A stretch of DNA of 64,000 nucleotides, from contig OZ025785.1 of the NCBI GenBank assembly GCA_964019425.1, positions 806,001 to 870,000 on the forward strand. The letters are read 5' to 3'. Source of the stretch: Flectonema sp. DT1601. Its lineage: Eukaryota. Each line of letters opens with the position of its first letter. Positions within the stretch are counted from its first letter, which is position 1. The notes under the pieces are model-generated. The model did no database searches, was not told the DNA's origin, and saw only the letters and a list, made by a program, of their open reading frames with translations. This document shows positions 33,368 to 44,971 of this stretch, one piece after another. The translations under genes were made by a program, and so were the position numbers.

Positions 33368-36300
33368 TTAGAGCGAACAATTTTCAGTTTCCAAGAGGAC
33401 TGCTTCCACTTCAACGTCTTTTAATTCAAACTTTTTCTCCGAAGAAAAAGGTGATTCGATGTCACTCATTTCATCTTTCCCTTTTCTAAAACAAAAGCAG
33501 TAGGTGACAGCAATCACAATACAGGTCAGGACGACAAGACAAATACTTCCAATAATAATCCAAATGTATTCATTATTACCACCTTCACGATCTTCCTCAT
33601 AATCATCTTCATTAATAGAACTTGCAGCCACAACACCTGTTCCACTGAATGCATTGGAACTGTTTGAAGAGTTGGAGAGTGCCGCGACGTCAGATTCAAT
33701 TATTTCAACAGCGTTGCTGAAGCTCGCTCCCTGTTCCATCGTCAATTGGTATTCAACATATGATGAACCAGACTCACTAATAGAAACTTCTCTTTCGCTT
33801 TCACTCCCTTCAACGCATCCGGCAGCGGCTCTCAAATCCACCGTTCCAGGACAGGCAAGAGAAACACATTGTGAAGTCGGACACGCAAACACAATGGCAA
33901 CTTTTTGAACCACAATACCATTCTTGTTTGCTGACTTCAGAACAGCATCTTTTAACTGATTGAATGATATCTTAGATGGTGAACTCTGTACTTTAAGGAA
34001 AGTGTGCAATGAACGTCTGGAGATATCATTCTGATCCTTACTATTGCTTTCTTCGTGTTTGTCACTGCCGTGATCGTAGCTGTTGCTTTCTTCGTGGCTG
34101 TCACTGCCGTGATCCTTGCTGTTGCTTTCTTCATGCTTGTCACTGCCGTGATCCTTGCTGTTGCTTTCTTCGTGCTTGTCACTGCCGTGATCATAGCTGT
34201 TGCTTTCTTCGTGTTTGTCACTGCCGTGATCGTAGCTGTTGCTTTCTTCGTGGCTGTCACTGCCGTGATCCTTGCTGTTGCTTTCTTCATGCTTGTCACT
34301 GCCGTGATCCTTGCTGTTGCTTTCTTCGTGTTTGTCACTGCCGTGATCGTAGCTGTTGCTTTCTTCATGCTTGTCACTGCCGTGATCCTTGCTGTTGCTT
34401 TCTTCGTGTTTGTCACTGCCGTGATCGTAGCTGTTGCTTTCTTCGTGCTTGTCACTGCCGTGATCGTAGCTGTTGCTTTCTTCGTGCTTGTCACTGCCGT
34501 GATCCTTACTGTTGCTTTCTTCATGCTTGTCACTGCCGTGATCCTTGCTGTTGCTTTCTTCATGCTTGTCACTGCCGTGATCGTAGCTGTTGCTTTCTTC
34601 GTGCTTGTCACTGCCGTGATCGTAGCTGTTGCTTTCTTCGTGCTTGTCACTGCCGTGATCCTTACTGTTGCTTTCTTCATGCTTGTCACTGCCGTGATCC
34701 TTGCTGTTGCTTTCTTCATGCTTGTCACTGCCGTGATCATAGCTGTTGCTTTCTTCATGCTTGTCACTGCCGTGATCATAGCTGTTGCTTTCTTCGTGCT
34801 TGTCACTGCCGTGATCCTTGCTGTTGCTTTCTTCGTGCTTGTCACTGCCGTGATCCTTACTGTTGCTTTCTTCATGCTTGTCACTGCCGTGATCCTTGCT
34901 GTTGCTTTCTTCATGCTTGTCACTGCCGTGATCATAGCTGTTGCTTTCTTCATGCTTGTCACTGCCGTGATCATAGCTGTTGCTTTCTTCGTGCTTGTCA
35001 CTGCCGTGATCCTTGCTGTTGCTTTCTTCGTGCTTGTCACTGCCGTGATCCTTACTGTTGCTTTCTTCGTGCTTGTCACTGCCGTGATCATAGCTGTTGC
35101 TTTCTTCGTGCTTGTCACTGCCGTGATCGTAGCTGTTGCTTTCTTCGTGCTTGTCACTGCCGTGATCGTAGCTGTTGCTTTCTTCGTGCTTGTCACTGCC
35201 GTGATCCTTGCTGTTGCTTTCTTCGTGCTTGTCACTGCCGTGATCATAGCTGTTGCTTTCTTCGTGCTTGTCACTGCCGTGATCGTAGCTGTTGCTTTCT
35301 TCGTGCTTGTCACTGCCGTGATCCTTGCTGTTGCTTTCTTCATGCTTGTCACTGCCGTGATCCTTGCTGTTGCTTTCTTCGTGCTTGTCACTGCCGTGAT
35401 CATAGCTGTTGCTTTCTTCGTGCTTGTCACTGCCGTGATCCTTGCTGTTGCTTTCTTCATGCTTGTCACTGCCGTGATCGTAGCTGTTGCTTTCTTCGTG
35501 CTTGTAACTGCCGTGATCCTTGCTGTTGCTTTCTTCATGCTTGTCACTGCCGTGATCCTTACTGTTGCTTTCTTCGTGCTTGTCACTGCCGTGATCCTTG
35601 CTGTTGCTTTCTTCATGCTTGTCACTGCCGTGATCCTTGCTGTTGCTTTCTTCGTGCTTGTCACTGCCGTGATCGTAGCTGTTGCTTTCTTCGTGCTTGT
35701 CACTGCCGTGATCCTTGCTGTTGCTTTCTTCATGCTTGTCACTGCCGTGATCCTTGCTGTTGCTTTCTTCGTGCTTGTCACTGCCGTGATCCTTGCTGTT
35801 GCTTTCTTCGTGCTTGTCACTGCCGTGATCCTTGCTGTTGCTTTCTTCGTGCTTGTCACTGCCGTGATCCTTGCTGTTGCTTTCTTCATGCTTGTCACTG
35901 CCGTGATCCTTGCTGTTGCTTTCTTCGTGCTTGTCACTGCCGTGATCCTTGCTGTTGCTTTCTTCGTGCTTGTCACTGCCGTGATCATAGCTGTTGCTTT
36001 CTTCGTGCTTGTCACTGCCGTGATCATAGCTGTTGCTTTCTTCGTGCTTGTCACTGCCGTGATCCTTGCTGTTGCTTTCTTCATGCTTGTCACTGCCGTG
36101 ATCCTTACTGTTGCTTTCTTCGTGCTTGTCACTGCCGTGATCGTAGCTGTTGCTTTCTTCGTGCTTGTCACTGCCGTGATCCTTGCTGTTGCTTTCTTCG
36201 TGCTTGTCACTGCCGTGATCATAGCTGTTGCTTTCTTCGTGCTTGTCACTGCCGTGATCATAGCTGTTGCTTTCTTCGTGCTTGTCACTGCCGTGATCCT

Positions 36301-37336
36301 TGCTGTTGCTTTCTTCATGCTTGTCACTGCCGTGATCCTTACTGTTGCTTTCTTCGTGCTTGTCACTGCCGTGATCGTAGCTGTTGCTTTCTTCGTGCTT
36401 GTCACTGCCGTGATCATAGCTGTTGCTTTCTTCGTGCTTGTCACTGCCGTGATCCTTGCTGTTGCTTTCTTCATGCTTGTCACTGCCGTGATCCTTGCTG
36501 TTGCTTTCTTCGTGCTTGTCACTGCCGTGATCGTAGCTGTTGCTTTCTTCGTGCTTGTCACTGCCGTGATCCTTGCTGTTGCTTTCTTCATGCTTGTCAC
36601 TGCCGTGATCCTTGCTGTTACTTTCTTCATGCTTGTCACTGCCGTGATCCTTGCTGTTGCTTTCTTCGTGCTTGTCACTGCCGTGATCGTAGCTGTTGCT
36701 TTCTTCGTGCTTGTAACTGCCGTGATCCTTGCTGTTGCTTTCTTCATGCTTGTCACTGCCGTGATCCTTACTGTTGCTTTCTTCGTGCTTGTCACTGCCG
36801 TGATCCTTGCTGTTGCTTTCTTCGTGCTTGTCACTGCCGTGATCGTAGCTGTTGCTTTCTTCGTGCTTGTCACTGCCGTGATCCTTGCTGTTGCTTTCTT
36901 CATGCTTGTCACTGCCGTGATCGTAGCTGTTGCTTTCTTCGTGCTTGTCACTGCCGTGATCCTTGCTGTTACTTTCTTCATGCTTGTCACTGCCGTGATC
37001 CTTGCTGTTGCTTTCTTCGTGCTTGTCACTGCCGTGATCGTAGCTGTTGCTTTCTTCGTGCTTGTCACTGCCGTGATCCTTGCTGTTGCTTTCTTCGTGC
37101 TTGTCACTGCCGTGATCCTTACTGTTGCTGTTGCCACTCTCTTTCTTTGAGCCATCAGTAAACATGTCATCAGTTGAACTCATCGATGAGTTAGATGAGG
37201 ATGAGTTGATATCATCTTTGACAGTTGGCAATAACTTGTCTCCATCATTCGTACCACTCACGACACTCGGATTCATATCTTCTGAAGAAAGACAAACCGC
37301 GATCAGCGACACAAATAATATCATGCGAGAACACAT
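33368..37336 (-). CDS. His/Asp/Ser-rich tandem-repeat type I membrane protein, copy 2 (~79 repeats)
   Basis: Same architecture as copy 1, ATG at 37336, intact frame. Confidence 0.9.
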   Translation of the reverse strand: MCSRMILFVSLIAVCLSSEDMNPSVVSGTNDGDKLLPTVKDDINSSSSNSSMSSTDDMFTDGSKKESGNSNSKDHGSDKHEESNSKDHGSDKHEESNSYDHGSDKHEESNSKDHGSDKHEESNSKDHGSDKHEESNSYDHGSDKHEESNSKDHGSDKHEESNSYDHGSDKHEESNSKDHGSDKHEESNSKDHGSDKHEESNSKDHGSYKHEESNSYDHGSDKHEESNSKDHGSDKHEESNSKDHGSDKHEESNSKDHGSDKHEESNSYDHGSDKHEESNSKDHGSDKHEESNSKDHGSDKHEESNSYDHGSDKHEESNSYDHGSDKHEESNSKDHGSDKHEESNSKDHGSDKHEESNSYDHGSDKHEESNSYDHGSDKHEESNSKDHGSDKHEESNSYDHGSDKHEESNSKDHGSDKHEESNSKDHGSDKHEESNSYDHGSDKHEESNSYDHGSDKHEESNSKDHGSDKHEESNSKDHGSDKHEESNSKDHGSDKHEESNSKDHGSDKHEESNSKDHGSDKHEESNSKDHGSDKHEESNSKDHGSDKHEESNSYDHGSDKHEESNSKDHGSDKHEESNSKDHGSDKHEESNSKDHGSDKHEESNSKDHGSYKHEESNSYDHGSDKHEESNSKDHGSDKHEESNSYDHGSDKHEESNSKDHGSDKHEESNSKDHGSDKHEESNSYDHGSDKHEESNSYDHGSDKHEESNSKDHGSDKHEESNSYDHGSDKHEESNSYDHGSDKHEESNSYDHGSDKHEESNSKDHGSDKHEESNSKDHGSDKHEESNSYDHGSDKHEESNSYDHGSDKHEESNSKDHGSDKHEESNSKDHGSDKHEESNSKDHGSDKHEESNSYDHGSDKHEESNSYDHGSDKHEESNSKDHGSDKHEESNSKDHGSDKHEESNSYDHGSDKHEESNSYDHGSDKHEESNSKDHGSDKHEESNSKDHGSDKHEESNSYDHGSDKHEESNSYDHGSDKHEESNSKDHGSDKHEESNSYDHGSDKHEESNSKDHGSDKHEESNSKDHGSDSHEESNSYDHGSDKHEESNSYDHGSDKHEESNSKDHGSDKHEESNSKDHGSDSHEESNSYDHGSDKHEESNSKDQNDISRRSLHTFLKVQSSPSKISFNQLKDAVLKSANKNGIVVQKVAIVFACPTSQCVSLACPGTVDLRAAAGCVEGSESEREVSISESGSSYVEYQLTMEQGASFSNAVEIIESDVAALSNSSNSSNAFSGTGVVAASSINEDDYEEDREGGNNEYIWIIIGSICLVVLTCIVIAVTYCFCFRKGKDEMSDIESPFSSEKKFELKDVEVEAVLLETENCSL
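34040..37130. repeat. 39-bp coding minisatellite, ~79 units
   Basis: Same unit. HEE variant only; rare DSH and SYK variants. Confidence 0.97.
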
Positions 37337-38077
37337 TTTGTGTAAAATTAAATCTATCGATAAGATAAGAAGTGATGCACAACTCACAATTAGTATTCAA
37401 AACAACTCAATTTAACTATCTCACGCAATAAGAAATCAAAGCATCCCTGTTATAGTAAAAAGTATTAATATTGAACCGAAGAATAAGAATGTTTCATCAT
37501 CACGGCCTGGCAATAAAGTTGCGGTAAAGATTAATAACCAGCAACAAGCAGAACCGTTGGATAGTAATTTAGATTCAATAAGAGAGTTTCCATAAAAAAG
37601 GAATTTCACAATTGATATTGTAAGAGACAAAAGGTAATTAAAAGAGAGGAGGTGAGAAGGAAATATGATGGAACTGGCAGGCCACAGGAAGTGGCGTTCA
37701 GACTTACTCAAAGAAACTGACTTAGACGAAGACTTTCTTTTACTAAGTTAGAAACTAAAAGAAAAAATAAATTATTAAAAATATTTAGTTTGATTCACAT
37801 TGCTGTTTGTGATTATTACAAAAAGAAGTTACATTTCATTTCTGATTCCCAATTAAACTCTGCTGTCTAAAGCAACCCAAAACAGTGGACAGATGTATTT
37901 GAGGAAGCATCATGAAAAGCAGGAGAGACAAATTAATTATAAACAAACGAAAATATAACTTCATCAAAATTAATCATTGTAAATACACAAAACTATACTA
38001 TACTATTCAAGGTACTGACATTAACCAATGAAGGAAAATATTTTTTATCATTTGATTTTCTTTTTTTGCATGCTTGA

Positions 38078-41000
38078 TTAGAGCGAACAATTTTCAGTTT
38101 CCAAGAGGACTGCTTCCACTTCAACGTCTTTTAATTCAAACTTTTTCTCCGAAGAAAAAGGTGATTCGATGTCACTCATTTCATCTTTCCCTTCTCTAAA
38201 ACAAAAGCAGTAGGTGACAGCAATCACAATACAGGTCAGGACGACAAGACAAATACTTCCAATAATAATCCAAATGTATTCATTATTACCACCTTCACGA
38301 TCTTCCTCATAATCATCTTCATTAATAGAACTTGCAGCCACAACACCTGTTCCACTGAATGCATTGGAACTGTTTGAAGAGTTGGAGAGTGCCGCGACGT
38401 CAGATTCAATGATTTCAACAGCGTTGCTGAAGCTCGCTCCCTGTTCCATCGTCAATTGGTATTCAACATATGATGAACCAGACTCACTAATAGAAACTTC
38501 TCTTTCGCTTTCACTCCCTTCAACGCATCCGGCAGCGGCTCTTAAATCCACCGTTCCAGGACAGGCAAGAGAAACACATTGTGAAGTCGGACACGCAAAC
38601 ACAATGGCAACTTTTTGAACCACAATACCATTCTTGTTTGCTGACTTCAGAACAGCATCTTTTAACTGATTGAATGATATCTTAGATGGTGAACTCAGTA
38701 CTTTAAGGAAAGTGTGCAATGAACGTCTGGAGATATCATTCTGATCCTTACTATTGCTTCCTTCGTGTTTGTCACTGCCGTGATCGTAGCTGTTGCTTTC
38801 TTCATGCTTGTCACTGCCGTGATCCTTGCTGTTGCTTCCTTCGTGCTTGTCACTGCCGTGATCATAGCTGTTGCTTTCTTCGTGTTTGTCACTGCCGTGA
38901 TCGTAGCTGTTGCTTTCTTCATGCTTGTCACTGCCGTGATCCTTGCTGTTGCTTCCTTCGTGCTTGTCACTGCCGTGATCATAGCTGTTGCTTTCTTCGT
39001 GCTTGTCACTGCCGTGATCGTAGCTGTTGCTTTCTTCGTGCTTGTCACTGCCGTGATCATAGCTGTTGCTTTCTTCATGCTTGTCACTGCCGTGATCATA
39101 GCTGTTGCTTTCTTCATGCTTGTCACTGCCGTGATCATAGCTGTTGCTTTCTTCATGCTTGTCACTGCCGTGATCATAGCTGTTGCTTCCTTCGTGCTTG
39201 TCACTGCCGTGATCCTTGCTGTTGCTTTCTTCATGCTTGTCACTACCGTGATCCTTGCTGTTGCTTTCTTCGTGCTTGTCACTGCCGTGATCATAGCTGT
39301 TGCTTTCTTCATGCTTGTCGCTGCCGTGATCATAGCTGTTGCTTTCTTCGTGCTTGTCACTGCCGTGATCCTTGCTGTTGCTTCCTTCGTGCTTGTCACT
39401 GCCGTGATCATAGCTGTTGCTTTCTTCATGCTTGTCACTGCCGTGATCATAGCTGTTGCTTTCTTCATGCTTGTCACTGCCGTGATCATAGCTGTTGCTT
39501 CCTTCGTGCTTGTCACTGCCGTGATCATAGCTGTTGCTTTCTTCATGCTTGTCACTGCCGTGATCATAGCTGTTGCTTCCTTCGTGCTTGTCACTGCCGT
39601 GATCATAGCTGTTGCTTTCTTCATGCTTGTCACTGCCGTGATCATAGCTGTTGCTTCCTTCGTGCTTGTCACTGCCGTGATCATAGCTGTTGCTTTCTTC
39701 ATGCTTGTCACTGCCGTGATCATAGCTGTTGCTTCCTTCGTGCTTGTCACTGCCGTGATCATAGCTGTTGCTTTCTTCATGCTTGTCACTGCCGTGATCC
39801 TTGTTGTTGCTTTCTTCATGCTTGTCACTGCCGTGATCATAGCTGTTGCTTCCTTCGTGCTTGTCACTGCCGTGATCATAGCTGTTGCTTTCTTCATGCT
39901 TGTCACTGCCGTGATCATAGCTGTTGCTTCCTTCGTGCTTGTCACTGCCGTGATCATAGCTGTTGCTTTCTTCATGCTTGTCACTGCCGTGATCATAGCT
40001 GTTGCTTTCTTCATGTTTGTCACTGCCGTGATCATAGCTGTTGCTTTCTTCGTGCTTGTCACTGCCGTGATCATAGCTGTTGCTTTCTTCATGCTTGTCA
40101 CTGCCGTGATCATAGCTGTTGCTTCCTTCGTGCTTGTCACTGCCGTGATCCTTGCTGTTGCTTTCTTCATGCTTGTCACTACCGTGATCCTTGCTGTTGC
40201 TTTCTTCGTGCTTGTCACTGCCGTGATCATAGCTGTTGCTTTCTTCATGCTTGTCGCTGCCGTGATCATAGCTGTTGCTTTCTTCGTGCTTGTCACTGCC
40301 GTGATCATAGCTGTTGCTTCCTTCGTGCTTGTCACTGCCGTGATCCTTGCTGTTGCTTCCTTCGTGCTTGTCACTGCCGTGATCATAGCTGTTGCTTTCT
40401 TCATGCTTGTCACTGCCGTGATCATAGCTGTTGCTTTCTTCATGCTTGTCACTGCCGTGATCATAGCTGTTGCTTCCTTCGTGCTTGTCACTGCCGTGAT
40501 CATAGCTGTTGCTTTCTTCATGCTTGTCACTGCCGTGATCATAGCTGTTGCTTCCTTCGTGCTTGTCACTGCCGTGATCATAGCTGTTGCTTTCTTCATG
40601 CTTGTCACTGCCGTGATCATAGCTGTTGCTTCCTTCGTGCTTGTCACTGCCGTGATCATAGCTGTTGCTTTCTTCATGCTTGTCACTGCCGTGATCCTTG
40701 CTGTTGCTTTCTTCATGCTTGTCACTGCCGTGATCATAGCTGTTGCTTCCTTCGTGCTTGTCACTGCCGTGATCATAGCTGTTGCTTTCTTCATGCTTGT
40801 CACTGCCGTGATCATAGCTGTTGCTTCCTTCGTGCTTGTCACTGCCGTGATCATAGCTGTTGCTTCCTTCGTGCTTGTCACTGCCGTGATCATAGCTGTT
40901 GCTTTCTTCATGCTTGTCACTGCCGTGATCATAGCTGTTGCTTCCTTCGTGCTTGTCACTGCCGTGATCATAGCTGTTGCTTCCTTCGTGCTTGTCACTG

Positions 41001-44000
41001 CCGTGATCATAGCTGTTGCTTTCTTCATGCTTGTCACTGCCGCGATCCTTGCTGTTGCTTTCTTCATGCTTGTCACTGCCGTGATCATAGCTGTTGCTTC
41101 CTTCGTGCTTGTCACTGCCGTGATCATAGCTGTTGCTTCCTTCGTGCTTGTCACTGCCGTGATCCTTGCTGTTGCTTTCTTCATGCTTGTCACTACCGTG
41201 ATCCTTGCTGTTGCTTTCTTCGTGCTTGTCACTGCCGTGATCATAGCTGTTGCTTTCTTCATGCTTGTCGCTGCCGTGATCATAGCTGTTGCTTTCTTCG
41301 TGCTTGTCACTGCCGTGATCATAGCTGTTGCTTCCTTCGTGCTTGTCACTGCCGTGATCATAGCTGTTGCTTTCTTCATGCTTGTCACTGCCGTGATCCT
41401 TGCTGTTGCTTCCTTCGTGCTTGTCACTGCCGTGATCATAGCTGTTGCTTTCTTCATGCTTGTCACTGCCGTGATCATAGCTGTTGCTTTCTTCATGCTT
41501 GTCACTGCCGTGATCATAGCTGTTGCTTCCTTCGTGCTTGTCACTGCCGTGATCATAGCTGTTGCTTTCTTCATGCTTGTCACTGCCGTGATCATAGCTG
41601 TTGCTTCCTTCGTGCTTGTCACTGCCGTGATCATAGCTGTTGCTTTCTTCATGCTTGTCACTGCCGTGATCATAGCTGTTGCTTCCTTCGTGCTTGTCAC
41701 TGCCGTGATCATAGCTGTTGCTTTCTTCATGCTTGTCACTGCCGTGATCATAGCTGTTGCTTCCTTCGTGCTTGTCACTGCCGTGATCATAGCTGTTGCT
41801 TTCTTCATGCTTGTCACTGCCGTGATCCTTGCTGTTGCTTTCCGCATGCTTGTCACTGCCGTGATCATAGCTGTTGCTTCCTTCGTGCTTGTCACTGCCG
41901 TGATCATAGCTGTTGCTTTCTTCATGCTTGTCACTGCCGTGATCATAGCTGTTGCTTCCTTCGTGCTTGTCACTGCCGTGATCATAGCTGTTGCTTTCTT
42001 CATGCTTGTCACTGCCGTGATCATAGCTGTTGCTTTCTTCATGTTTGTCACTGCCGTGATCATAGCTGTTGCTTTCTTCGTGCTTGTCACTGCCGTGATC
42101 ATAGCTGTTGCTTTCTTCATGCTTGTCACTGCCGTGATCATAGCTGTTGCTTCCTTCGTGCTTGTCACTGCCGTGATCCTTGCTGTTGCTTTCTTCATGC
42201 TTGTCACTACCGTGATCCTTGCTGTTGCTTTCTTCGTGCTTGTCACTGCCGTGATCATAGCTGTTGCTTTCTTCATGCTTGTCGCTGCCGTGATCATAGC
42301 TGTTGCTTTCTTCGTGCTTGTCACTGCCGTGATCATAGCTGTTGCTTCCTTCGTGCTTGTCACTGCCGTGATCCTTGCTGTTGCTTCCTTCGTGCTTGTC
42401 ACTGCCGTGATCATAGCTGTTGCTTTCTTCATGCTTGTCACTGCCGTGATCATAGCTGTTGCTTCCTTCGTGCTTGTCACTGCCGTGATCATAGCTGTTG
42501 CTTTCTTCATGCTTGTCACTGCCGTGATCATAGCTGTTGCTTCCTTCGTGCTTGTCACTGCCGTGATCATAGCTGTTGCTTTCTTCATGCTTGTCACTGC
42601 CGTGATCATAGCTGTTGCTTCCTTCGTGCTTGTCACTGCCGTGATCATAGCTGTTGCTTTCTTCATGCTTGTCACTGCCGTGATCATAGCTGTTGCTTCC
42701 TTCGTGCTTGTCACTGCCGTGATCCTTGCTGTTGCTTCCTTCGTGCTTGTCACTGCCGTGATCATAGCTGTTGCTTTCTTCATGCTTGTCACTGCCGTGA
42801 TCATAGCTGTTGCTTCCTTCGTGCTTGTCACTGCCGTGATCATAGCTGTTGCTTTCTTCATGCTTGTCACTGCCGTGATCATAGCTGTTGCTTCCTTCGT
42901 GCTTGTCACTGCCGTGATCCTTGCTGTTGCTTTCTTCATGCTTGTCACTGCCGTGATCATAGCTGTTGCTTTCTTCATGCTTGTCACTGCCGTGATCATA
43001 GCTGTTGCTTCCTTCGTGCTTGTCACTGCCGTGATCATAGCTGTTGCTTTCTTCATGCTTGTCACTGCCGTGATCATAGCTGTTGCTTCCTTCGTGCTTG
43101 TCACTGCCGTGATCATAGCTGTTGCTTTCTTCATGCTTGTCACTGCCGTGATCATAGCTGTTGCTTCCTTCGTGCTTGTCACTGCCGTGATCATAGCTGT
43201 TGCTTTCTTCATGCTTGTCACTGCCGTGATCATAGCTGTTGCTTCCTTCGTGCTTGTCACTGCCGTGATCATAGCTGTTGCTTTCTTCATGCTTGTCACT
43301 GCCGTGATCCTTGCTGTTGCTTTCTTCATGCTTGTCACTGCCGTGATCATAGCTGTTGCTTCCTTCGTGCTTGTCACTGCCGTGATCATAGCTGTTGCTT
43401 TCTTCATGCTTGTCACTGCCGTGATCATAGCTGTTGCTTCCTTCGTGCTTGTCACTGCCGTGATCATAGCTGTTGCTTTCTTCATGCTTGTCACTGCCGT
43501 GATCATAGCTGTTGCTTTCTTCATGTTTGTCACTGCCGTGATCATAGCTGTTGCTTTCTTCGTGCTTGTCACTGCCGTGATCATAGCTGTTGCTTTCTTC
43601 ATGCTTGTCACTGCCGTGATCATAGCTGTTGCTTCCTTCGTGCTTGTCACTGCCGTGATCCTTGCTGTTGCTTTCTTCATGCTTGTCACTACCGTGATCC
43701 TTGCTGTTGCTTTCTTCGTGCTTGTCACTGCCGTGATCATAGCTGTTGCTTTCTTCATGCTTGTCGCTGCCGTGATCATAGCTGTTGCTTTCTTCGTGCT
43801 TGTCACTGCCGTGATCATAGCTGTTGCTTCCTTCGTGCTTGTCACTGCCGTGATCCTTGCTGTTGCTTCCTTCGTGCTTGTCACTGCCGTGATCATAGCT
43901 GTTGCTTTCTTCATGCTTGTCACTGCCGTGATCATAGCTGTTGCTTTCTTCATGCTTGTCACTGCCGTGATCATAGCTGTTGCTTCCTTCGTGCTTGTCA

Positions 44001-44971
44001 CTGCCGTGATCATAGCTGTTGCTTTCTTCATGCTTGTCACTGCCGTGATCATAGCTGTTGCTTCCTTCGTGCTTGTCACTGCCGTGATCATAGCTGTTGC
44101 TTTCTTCATGCTTGTCACTGCCGTGATCATAGCTGTTGCTTCCTTCGTGCTTGTCACTGCCGTGATCATAGCTGTTGCTTTCTTCATGCTTGTCACTGCC
44201 GTGATCATAGCTGTTGCTTCCTTCGTGCTTGTCACTGCCGTGATCATAGCTGTTGCTTTCTTCATGCTTGTCACTGCCGTGATCCTTGCTGTTGCTTTCT
44301 TCATGCTTGTCACTGCCGTGATCATAGCTGTTGCTTCCTTCGTGCTTGTCACTGCCGTGATCATAGCTGTTGCTTTCTTCATGCTTGTCACTGCCGTGAT
44401 CATAGCTGTTGCTTCCTTCGTGCTTGTCACTGCCGTGATCATAGCTGTTGCTTTCTTCATGCTTGTCACTGCCGTGATCATAGCTGTTGCTTTCTTCATG
44501 TTTGTCACTGCCGTGATCCTTGCTGTTGCTTTCTTCATGCTTGTCACTGCCGTGATCGTAGCTGTTGCTTTCTTCGTGCTTGTCACTGCCGTGATCCTTG
44601 CTGTTACTTTCTTCATGCTTGTCACTGCCGTGATCCTTGCTGTTGCTTTCTTCGTGCTTGTCACTGCCGTGATCGTAGCTGTTGCTTTCTTCGTGCTTGT
44701 CACTGCCGTGATCCTTGCTGTTGCTTTCTTCGTGCTTGTCACTGCCGTGATCCTTACTGTTGCTGTTGCCACTCTCTTTCTTTGAGCCATCAGTAAACAT
44801 GTCATCAGTTGAACTCATCGATGAGTTAGATGAGGATGAGTTGATATCATCTTTGACAGTTGGCAATAACTTGTCTCCATCATTCGTACCACTCACGACA
44901 CTCGGATTCATATCTTCTGAAGAAAGACAAACCGCGATCAGCGACACAAATAATATCATGCGAGAACACAT
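38078..44971 (-). CDS. His/Asp/Ser-rich tandem-repeat type I membrane protein, copy 3 (~154 repeats)
   Basis: Same architecture, ATG at 44971. ORF is exactly 75 x 13 aa longer than copy 2. Confidence 0.88.
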   Translation of the reverse strand: MCSRMILFVSLIAVCLSSEDMNPSVVSGTNDGDKLLPTVKDDINSSSSNSSMSSTDDMFTDGSKKESGNSNSKDHGSDKHEESNSKDHGSDKHEESNSYDHGSDKHEESNSKDHGSDKHEESNSKDHGSDKHEESNSYDHGSDKHEESNSKDHGSDKHEESNSYDHGSDKHEESNSYDHGSDKHEGSNSYDHGSDKHEESNSYDHGSDKHEGSNSYDHGSDKHEESNSKDHGSDKHEESNSYDHGSDKHEGSNSYDHGSDKHEESNSYDHGSDKHEGSNSYDHGSDKHEESNSYDHGSDKHEGSNSYDHGSDKHEESNSYDHGSDKHEGSNSYDHGSDKHEESNSYDHGSDKHEESNSYDHGSDKHEGSNSKDHGSDKHEGSNSYDHGSDKHEESNSYDHGSDKHEESNSYDHGSDKHEESNSKDHGSDKHEESNSKDHGSDKHEGSNSYDHGSDKHEESNSYDHGSDKHEESNSYDHGSDKHEESNSYDHGSDKHEESNSYDHGSDKHEGSNSYDHGSDKHEESNSYDHGSDKHEGSNSYDHGSDKHEESNSKDHGSDKHEESNSYDHGSDKHEGSNSYDHGSDKHEESNSYDHGSDKHEGSNSYDHGSDKHEESNSYDHGSDKHEGSNSYDHGSDKHEESNSYDHGSDKHEGSNSYDHGSDKHEESNSYDHGSDKHEESNSKDHGSDKHEGSNSYDHGSDKHEESNSYDHGSDKHEGSNSYDHGSDKHEESNSYDHGSDKHEGSNSKDHGSDKHEGSNSYDHGSDKHEESNSYDHGSDKHEGSNSYDHGSDKHEESNSYDHGSDKHEGSNSYDHGSDKHEESNSYDHGSDKHEGSNSYDHGSDKHEESNSYDHGSDKHEGSNSKDHGSDKHEGSNSYDHGSDKHEESNSYDHGSDKHEESNSYDHGSDKHEESNSKDHGSDKHEESNSKDHGSDKHEGSNSYDHGSDKHEESNSYDHGSDKHEESNSYDHGSDKHEESNSYDHGSDKHEESNSYDHGSDKHEGSNSYDHGSDKHEESNSYDHGSDKHEGSNSYDHGSDKHAESNSKDHGSDKHEESNSYDHGSDKHEGSNSYDHGSDKHEESNSYDHGSDKHEGSNSYDHGSDKHEESNSYDHGSDKHEGSNSYDHGSDKHEESNSYDHGSDKHEGSNSYDHGSDKHEESNSYDHGSDKHEESNSYDHGSDKHEGSNSKDHGSDKHEESNSYDHGSDKHEGSNSYDHGSDKHEESNSYDHGSDKHEESNSYDHGSDKHEESNSKDHGSDKHEESNSKDHGSDKHEGSNSYDHGSDKHEGSNSYDHGSDKHEESNSKDRGSDKHEESNSYDHGSDKHEGSNSYDHGSDKHEGSNSYDHGSDKHEESNSYDHGSDKHEGSNSYDHGSDKHEGSNSYDHGSDKHEESNSYDHGSDKHEGSNSYDHGSDKHEESNSKDHGSDKHEESNSYDHGSDKHEGSNSYDHGSDKHEESNSYDHGSDKHEGSNSYDHGSDKHEESNSYDHGSDKHEGSNSYDHGSDKHEESNSYDHGSDKHEESNSYDHGSDKHEGSNSKDHGSDKHEGSNSYDHGSDKHEESNSYDHGSDKHEESNSYDHGSDKHEESNSKDHGSDKHEESNSKDHGSDKHEGSNSYDHGSDKHEESNSYDHGSDKHEESNSYDHGSDKHEESNSYDHGSDKHEESNSYDHGSDKHEGSNSYDHGSDKHEESNSYDHGSDKHEGSNSYDHGSDKHEESNNKDHGSDKHEESNSYDHGSDKHEGSNSYDHGSDKHEESNSYDHGSDKHEGSNSYDHGSDKHEESNSYDHGSDKHEGSNSYDHGSDKHEESNSYDHGSDKHEGSNSYDHGSDKHEESNSYDHGSDKHEESNSYDHGSDKHEGSNSKDHGSDKHEESNSYDHGSDKHEESNSYDHGSDKHEESNSKDHGSDKHEESNSKDHGSDKHEGSNSYDHGSDKHEESNSYDHGSDKHEESNSYDHGSDKHEESNSYDHGSDKHEESNSYDHGSDKHEESNSYDHGSDKHEGSNSKDHGSDKHEESNSYDHGSDKHEESNSYDHGSDKHEGSNSKDHGSDKHEESNSYDHGSDKHEGSNSKDQNDISRRSLHTFLKVLSSPSKISFNQLKDAVLKSANKNGIVVQKVAIVFACPTSQCVSLACPGTVDLRAAAGCVEGSESEREVSISESGSSYVEYQLTMEQGASFSNAVEIIESDVAALSNSSNSSNAFSGTGVVAASSINEDDYEEDREGGNNEYIWIIIGSICLVVLTCIVIAVTYCFCFREGKDEMSDIESPFSSEKKFELKDVEVEAVLLETENCSL
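38750..44765. repeat. 39-bp coding minisatellite, ~154 units with higher-order structure
   Basis: Alternating HEE/HEG variants. Marker variants recur at multiples of 39 bp. Confidence 0.97.
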